Shown here: piece after piece, positions 61,502 to 64,000 of the stretch
Layout of the letters: every line of letters begins with the position of its first letter
How positions within the stretch are numbered: position 1 is the stretch's first letter
Assembly (NCBI GenBank): GCA_963707635.1
Contig: OY970173.1
Location: forward strand, 1,632,001 to 1,696,000
DNA from: Candidatus Latescibacterota bacterium
Lineage (GTDB): Bacteria > Krumholzibacteriota > Krumholzibacteriia > WVZY01 > JAKEHA01
Length of the DNA stretch: 64,000 nucleotides
Reading direction: 5' to 3'
Notes under the pieces: model-generated
Database searches by the model: none
Seen by the model: only the letters and a program-made list of their open reading frames with translations
What the model was told of the DNA's origin: nothing
Program-made: the position numbers and the translations under genes

Positions 61502-61906
61502 ATGACCGTCGATCCACGTGCCGCCGCGATGTTCGTAGCCACCCCGGTGAACCGGCTCATGGGCGCGCGCCTGGTCGCGCGCAGCGGCGAGCGGGTGGAG
61601 ATCCGGGCGCCGGTCAGCGCGGAGACCCTCCAGGAGTACGGCATCGTGCAGGGCGGGATCTTGAGTGCCTTGGCCGACACGGCGGCCGTGTACCTCGTGA
61701 TCCCCGAGGCGATGGACCGGGGGCGCGTCAACGCGGTGGAATTCAAGATGAACTTCCTCCGCCCCGCGAAGGCGGACGGCGGGGAACTGGTGGCGGTGGC
61801 GACGCCGGTGAGGATCGGCCAGCGCATCGCGGTATGCACGGTGAACGTGACGCAGGGCGAGCGCCACGTCGCGTTCGGCACGTTCACGTACCTGGTCGCC
61901 CCGTGA
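61502..61906 (+). CDS. PaaI family thioesterase
   Basis: GIVQGG...ALAD, NFLRP. Confidence 0.85.
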   Translation: MTVDPRAAAMFVATPVNRLMGARLVARSGERVEIRAPVSAETLQEYGIVQGGILSALADTAAVYLVIPEAMDRGRVNAVEFKMNFLRPAKADGGELVAVATPVRIGQRIAVCTVNVTQGERHVAFGTFTYLVAP

Positions 61907-62589
61907 GCGTGGCCGCGGACGAGCTGTCGGTCCCGGTCTCGGAGTCGATCGGGTCCGTGCCCGCGCTGCTCGCGGCGCCGCGCGACGCGTGGGCCGTGTA
62001 CGTTCTCGCGCACGGCGCCGGCGCGGGTATGCGCCACCCGTTTCTGGAGGAAGTGGCGGCGTCCCTGGGCGCCGCCGGGGTCGCGACGCTTCGCTACCAG
62101 TTTCCATACATGGACAAACGGCGCGGGCGGCCCGACCCGCCGGCGGTGCTGGAGCGCACCGTGCGCGCGGCCGTCGGCTGCGCGCGCGAGCACACGGACG
62201 GACTCCCGCTGTTCGCGGGCGGAAAGTCGATGGGGGGACGGATGACGTCGCAGGCCGCGGCCGCGGAATCCGTGCCGGCGCTGCTCGGGATCGCATTCCT
62301 GGGATTTCCCCTCCACGCGCCCGGGAAGCCGTCGATTGCGCGCGCCGCCCACCTCGCGAAGGTGCCGGTGCCGATGCTCTTCGTGCAGGGCACGCGCGAC
62401 GACCTGGCCGAGATCGGACGGATGCGCGCGGTGGCGACGGAGCTGGGCGCGCGCGCCACGCTCCACGTCGTGGAAGACGGCGATCACTCGTTTCGCGTGC
62501 TCAAGCGATCCGGGCGTTCTGCTCTCGCTGTAATGACAGAGATTCGCGACGCCCTGGTCGCGTGGATGCGACCGCTCGCTGCGCGATGA
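61903..62589 (+). CDS. Alpha/beta hydrolase
   Basis: AHGAGA, GGKSMGGR, QGTRD, DHSF. Confidence 0.88.
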   Translation: MSVAADELSVPVSESIGSVPALLAAPRDAWAVYVLAHGAGAGMRHPFLEEVAASLGAAGVATLRYQFPYMDKRRGRPDPPAVLERTVRAAVGCAREHTDGLPLFAGGKSMGGRMTSQAAAAESVPALLGIAFLGFPLHAPGKPSIARAAHLAKVPVPMLFVQGTRDDLAEIGRMRAVATELGARATLHVVEDGDHSFRVLKRSGRSALAVMTEIRDALVAWMRPLAAR

Positions 62590-62597
62590 TGCGTCGA

Positions 62598-62664
62598 GCG
62601 GGTGGCGCCGAGACGGGCCCCCGCGAGGCGAAGCCCGCGGGGTGGCGAGGCGACAGGACCCGCG
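62598..62664 (+). repeat. REP-like structured intergenic repeat, copy 2
   Basis: Near-identical to 45085-45152. Confidence 0.8.
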
Positions 62665-62686
62665 AGAGCAAAGGGAAGGAACTGAA

Positions 62687-63061
62687 ATGCAGCACTCGAA
62701 GAGATTTCTCCAGATCGTGAGCGCCTCGAAGCGGCGCATTCGGCAGACCGACGTGCGCACCGTGCGCCAGCGCATGGAGAAGGGAGAGAAGCTGCTCCTC
62801 GTCGACGTCCGCGAAGAGAGCGAGTGGGCAGCCGGCCACCTGCCCGGGGCGATGCACCTCAGCAAGGGCATCCTCGAGCGCGACGTCGAAGTGGCGATTC
62901 CGGATCCCGAGACCGAGATCATTCTCTACTGCGGCGGCGGCTTCCGCTCGGCGCTGGCGGCCGAAAATCTACTGCGAATGGGATACACCCACGTGCTGTC
63001 GATGGACGGCGGCTACCGGGGATGGGTCGCAGCGGGGTTGCCGGTCGAGGAGGAGAAGTAG
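62687..63061 (+). CDS. Rhodanese-like sulfurtransferase
   Basis: DVRE..EW..GH.PGA, YCGGGFRS, DGG...W. Confidence 0.9.
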   Translation: MQHSKRFLQIVSASKRRIRQTDVRTVRQRMEKGEKLLLVDVREESEWAAGHLPGAMHLSKGILERDVEVAIPDPETEIILYCGGGFRSALAAENLLRMGYTHVLSMDGGYRGWVAAGLPVEEEK

Positions 63062-63067
63062 GGCACG

Positions 63068-63679
63068 ATGACGCCGCCGCGGCGCTACCCCGTGCCGGCC
63101 GCGCCGGTTCGCGTCGAGGATCGTATCGAGCACAGCCGTTTCATCGCCACGCTCGCGCGCGCCGGGGCCGTGGCCGACGCGAAGGCGGTGATCGCGGCCG
63201 TGCGGACCGAGTTCCCGGACGCGACCCATCATTGTTTCGCGTACGCGATCGGGCCGCCGGGCAGCACGGATGCGGTGGCGGCCACCGACGCCGGCGAACC
63301 CGCGGGAACCGCCGGGCGCCCGATGCTCGGAGTGCTCCTGAACTCCGGACTCGGCGACGTCGTGGTGGTGGTGACCCGCTATTTCGGTGGCGTGAAGCTC
63401 GGCAAGGGCGGGCTGGTGCGCGCGTACCGCGGGGCGGTGCAGCACGCGTTGCGCGAGGTCGCGACCCGCGAGCGCGTGGATGTGGTGGAGCTGGCGGTGG
63501 TGGTGCCGTACGCCGCGGTGGATGCGGTGCGCCGGATCGTGGAACGCGAGGGAGGCGCCGTCGAGGCGGGGGAGTACGGCGACGAAGTGACGCTCACGCT
63601 GCGCCTGCCGGAAGACCGGCTCGAGACCGTCGAGCGCGCCGTCCAGGACACGACGTCCGGACGCGCGCGGAAACGTTGA
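63068..63679 (+). CDS. YigZ/IMPACT family protein
   Basis: SRFI, ATH.C.AY, D.GEP.GTAG.P, VTRYFGGVKLG.GGL.RAY. Confidence 0.92.
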   Translation: MTPPRRYPVPAAPVRVEDRIEHSRFIATLARAGAVADAKAVIAAVRTEFPDATHHCFAYAIGPPGSTDAVAATDAGEPAGTAGRPMLGVLLNSGLGDVVVVVTRYFGGVKLGKGGLVRAYRGAVQHALREVATRERVDVVELAVVVPYAAVDAVRRIVEREGGAVEAGEYGDEVTLTLRLPEDRLETVERAVQDTTSGRARKR

Positions 63680-63729
63680 CCCGTCGCACGCACGGCGACG
63701 GCCAGCATCCAGCACAGGAGATCGAACCC

Positions 63730-64000
63730 ATGAGTGCAAGCAATCGTCTCCAGGGCAAGAACGTCGTCATTACCGGCGCCAGCGCGGGGTTTGGCGAAGC
63801 CTGCGCGCACGCCTTCGGCGCACTCGGCGCGAATCTGGAGCTGTGGGCGCGCCGTGGAGACCGCCTGGAGCGCCTGAAGGCGGGTGTCGAAGACCGCCAC
63901 CGCGCCACGGTCGCCGTTCGATCCCTGGACGTGCGCGACCGCGAGGCGGTGCGCGCGGCGGCGGCGGAACTTCGCGCGCGCAAGTGGGTGCCCGACGTGC
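63730..64000 (+). CDS. SDR oxidoreductase (YdfG-like), 3' end outside window
   Basis: AGGAG RBS; reads MSASNRLQGKNVVITGASAGFG...ARR..RL...LDVRD. Confidence 0.8.
   Translation, partial: MSASNRLQGKNVVITGASAGFGEACAHAFGALGANLELWARRGDRLERLKAGVEDRHRATVAVRSLDVRDREAVRAAAAELRARKWVPDV

Overview
GC-rich bacterial chromosomal window. Its many signal-peptide proteins ending in FlgD-Ig/T9SS-like or 'TWGxIKALYR' tails suggest an FCB-associated candidate phylum such as Krumholzibacteriota, Latescibacterota or Eisenbacteria; this is inference only. The left ~32 kb is mostly secreted/surface protein genes. These include nine FlgD/T9SS-like CTD genes, four TWG-tail genes, a dockerin-bearing giant beta-helix protein next to a three-cohesin mini-scaffoldin, and a duplicated SBBP-propeller cassette that appears to split an AspT-type transporter. 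An MprF-VirJ/AcvB fusion and glmM-glmS-ridA also lie here. The right half is housekeeping: tRNA-Asn with a 23-nt internal tandem duplication, tRNA-Sec, lepA-lepB, hemW-hrcA-grpE-dnaK-dnaJ-rsmE, yqeY-cvpA-mutS2-dnaG-rpoD, rnhA, rnpB, recJ-dtd-maf-mtnA and small enzymes. The clearest non-annotated element is a tRNA-Ile2(CAT) gene interrupted after U33 by a 604-nt Azoarcus-like group I intron that carries an antisense HNH endonuclease. About eight 1-2 bp frameshifts in otherwise intact genes suggest consensus indel errors. All family assignments are from motif recognition, not database searches.
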